Positions 63,869-64,000 of a stretch of DNA of 64,000 nucleotides are shown here, one piece after another. The position numbers and the translations under genes were made by a program. The stretch is from Camelus ferus. Lineage: Eukaryota. The notes under the pieces are model-generated. The model did no database searches. It was given only the letters and a program-made list of their open reading frames with translations, and was not told the DNA's origin. The DNA is taken from the NCBI RefSeq assembly GCF_009834535.1, contig NC_045696.1:106456001-106520000 (forward strand). Reading direction: 5' to 3'. Each line of letters begins with the position of its first letter. Within the stretch, counting starts at the first letter, position 1.

Positions 63869-64000
63869 CTAATGCCACAATTTCTGTGTTACTGTTTATT
63901 TCCCTATTACTTCTGCAAGTGTGGGAGGACCAAAGACTTTGTCTTTCCTTCCTCATCCCTGCCAAGAGGGGATCTTGTCCAAAACTGGTTTGCCCAGGAC

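Noticed and set aside
57913..64000. CLDN18.2 (stomach) first exon
   Set aside because: No MAVTACQ-like claudin exon found; it is expected further upstream, outside the window.

Overview
Mammalian genomic DNA, most likely from a camelid (camel/alpaca/llama). The taxon is inferred from five copies of a tRNA-derived Vic-1-type SINE. Two genes converge tail-to-tail. The last five coding exons of DZIP1L are on + (538-7592). The complete five-exon CDS of the lung isoform CLDN18.1 is on - (57912 to 42149; 220+165+118+111+172 = 786 nt, 261 aa, all GT-AG junctions phase-compatible). The alternative stomach first exon (CLDN18.2) is not seen and should lie beyond base 64000. The ~32 kb between the genes, and the introns, are mostly transposon relics: L1, L2, MIR, Vic-1, ERV solo LTRs, MER20, MER81 and Tigger. 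I see no evidence of an entirely new gene system. The best leads are: (1) a solo LTR with a 23-bp tandem CCAAT-box array, two octamers and a TATA box but no poly(A) signal; (2) an L1 with an apparent 3' transduction; (3) an unidentified TSD-flanked retroposed fragment; (4) a sense-oriented L1 poly(A) signal in CLDN18 intron 4, behind an in-frame stop; (5) three competing in-frame splice donors in DZIP1L; (6) unusual ECL1 residues in CLDN18.1. Gene and repeat names come from recognition and memory, not from database searches. Repeat boundaries without TSDs are approximate.
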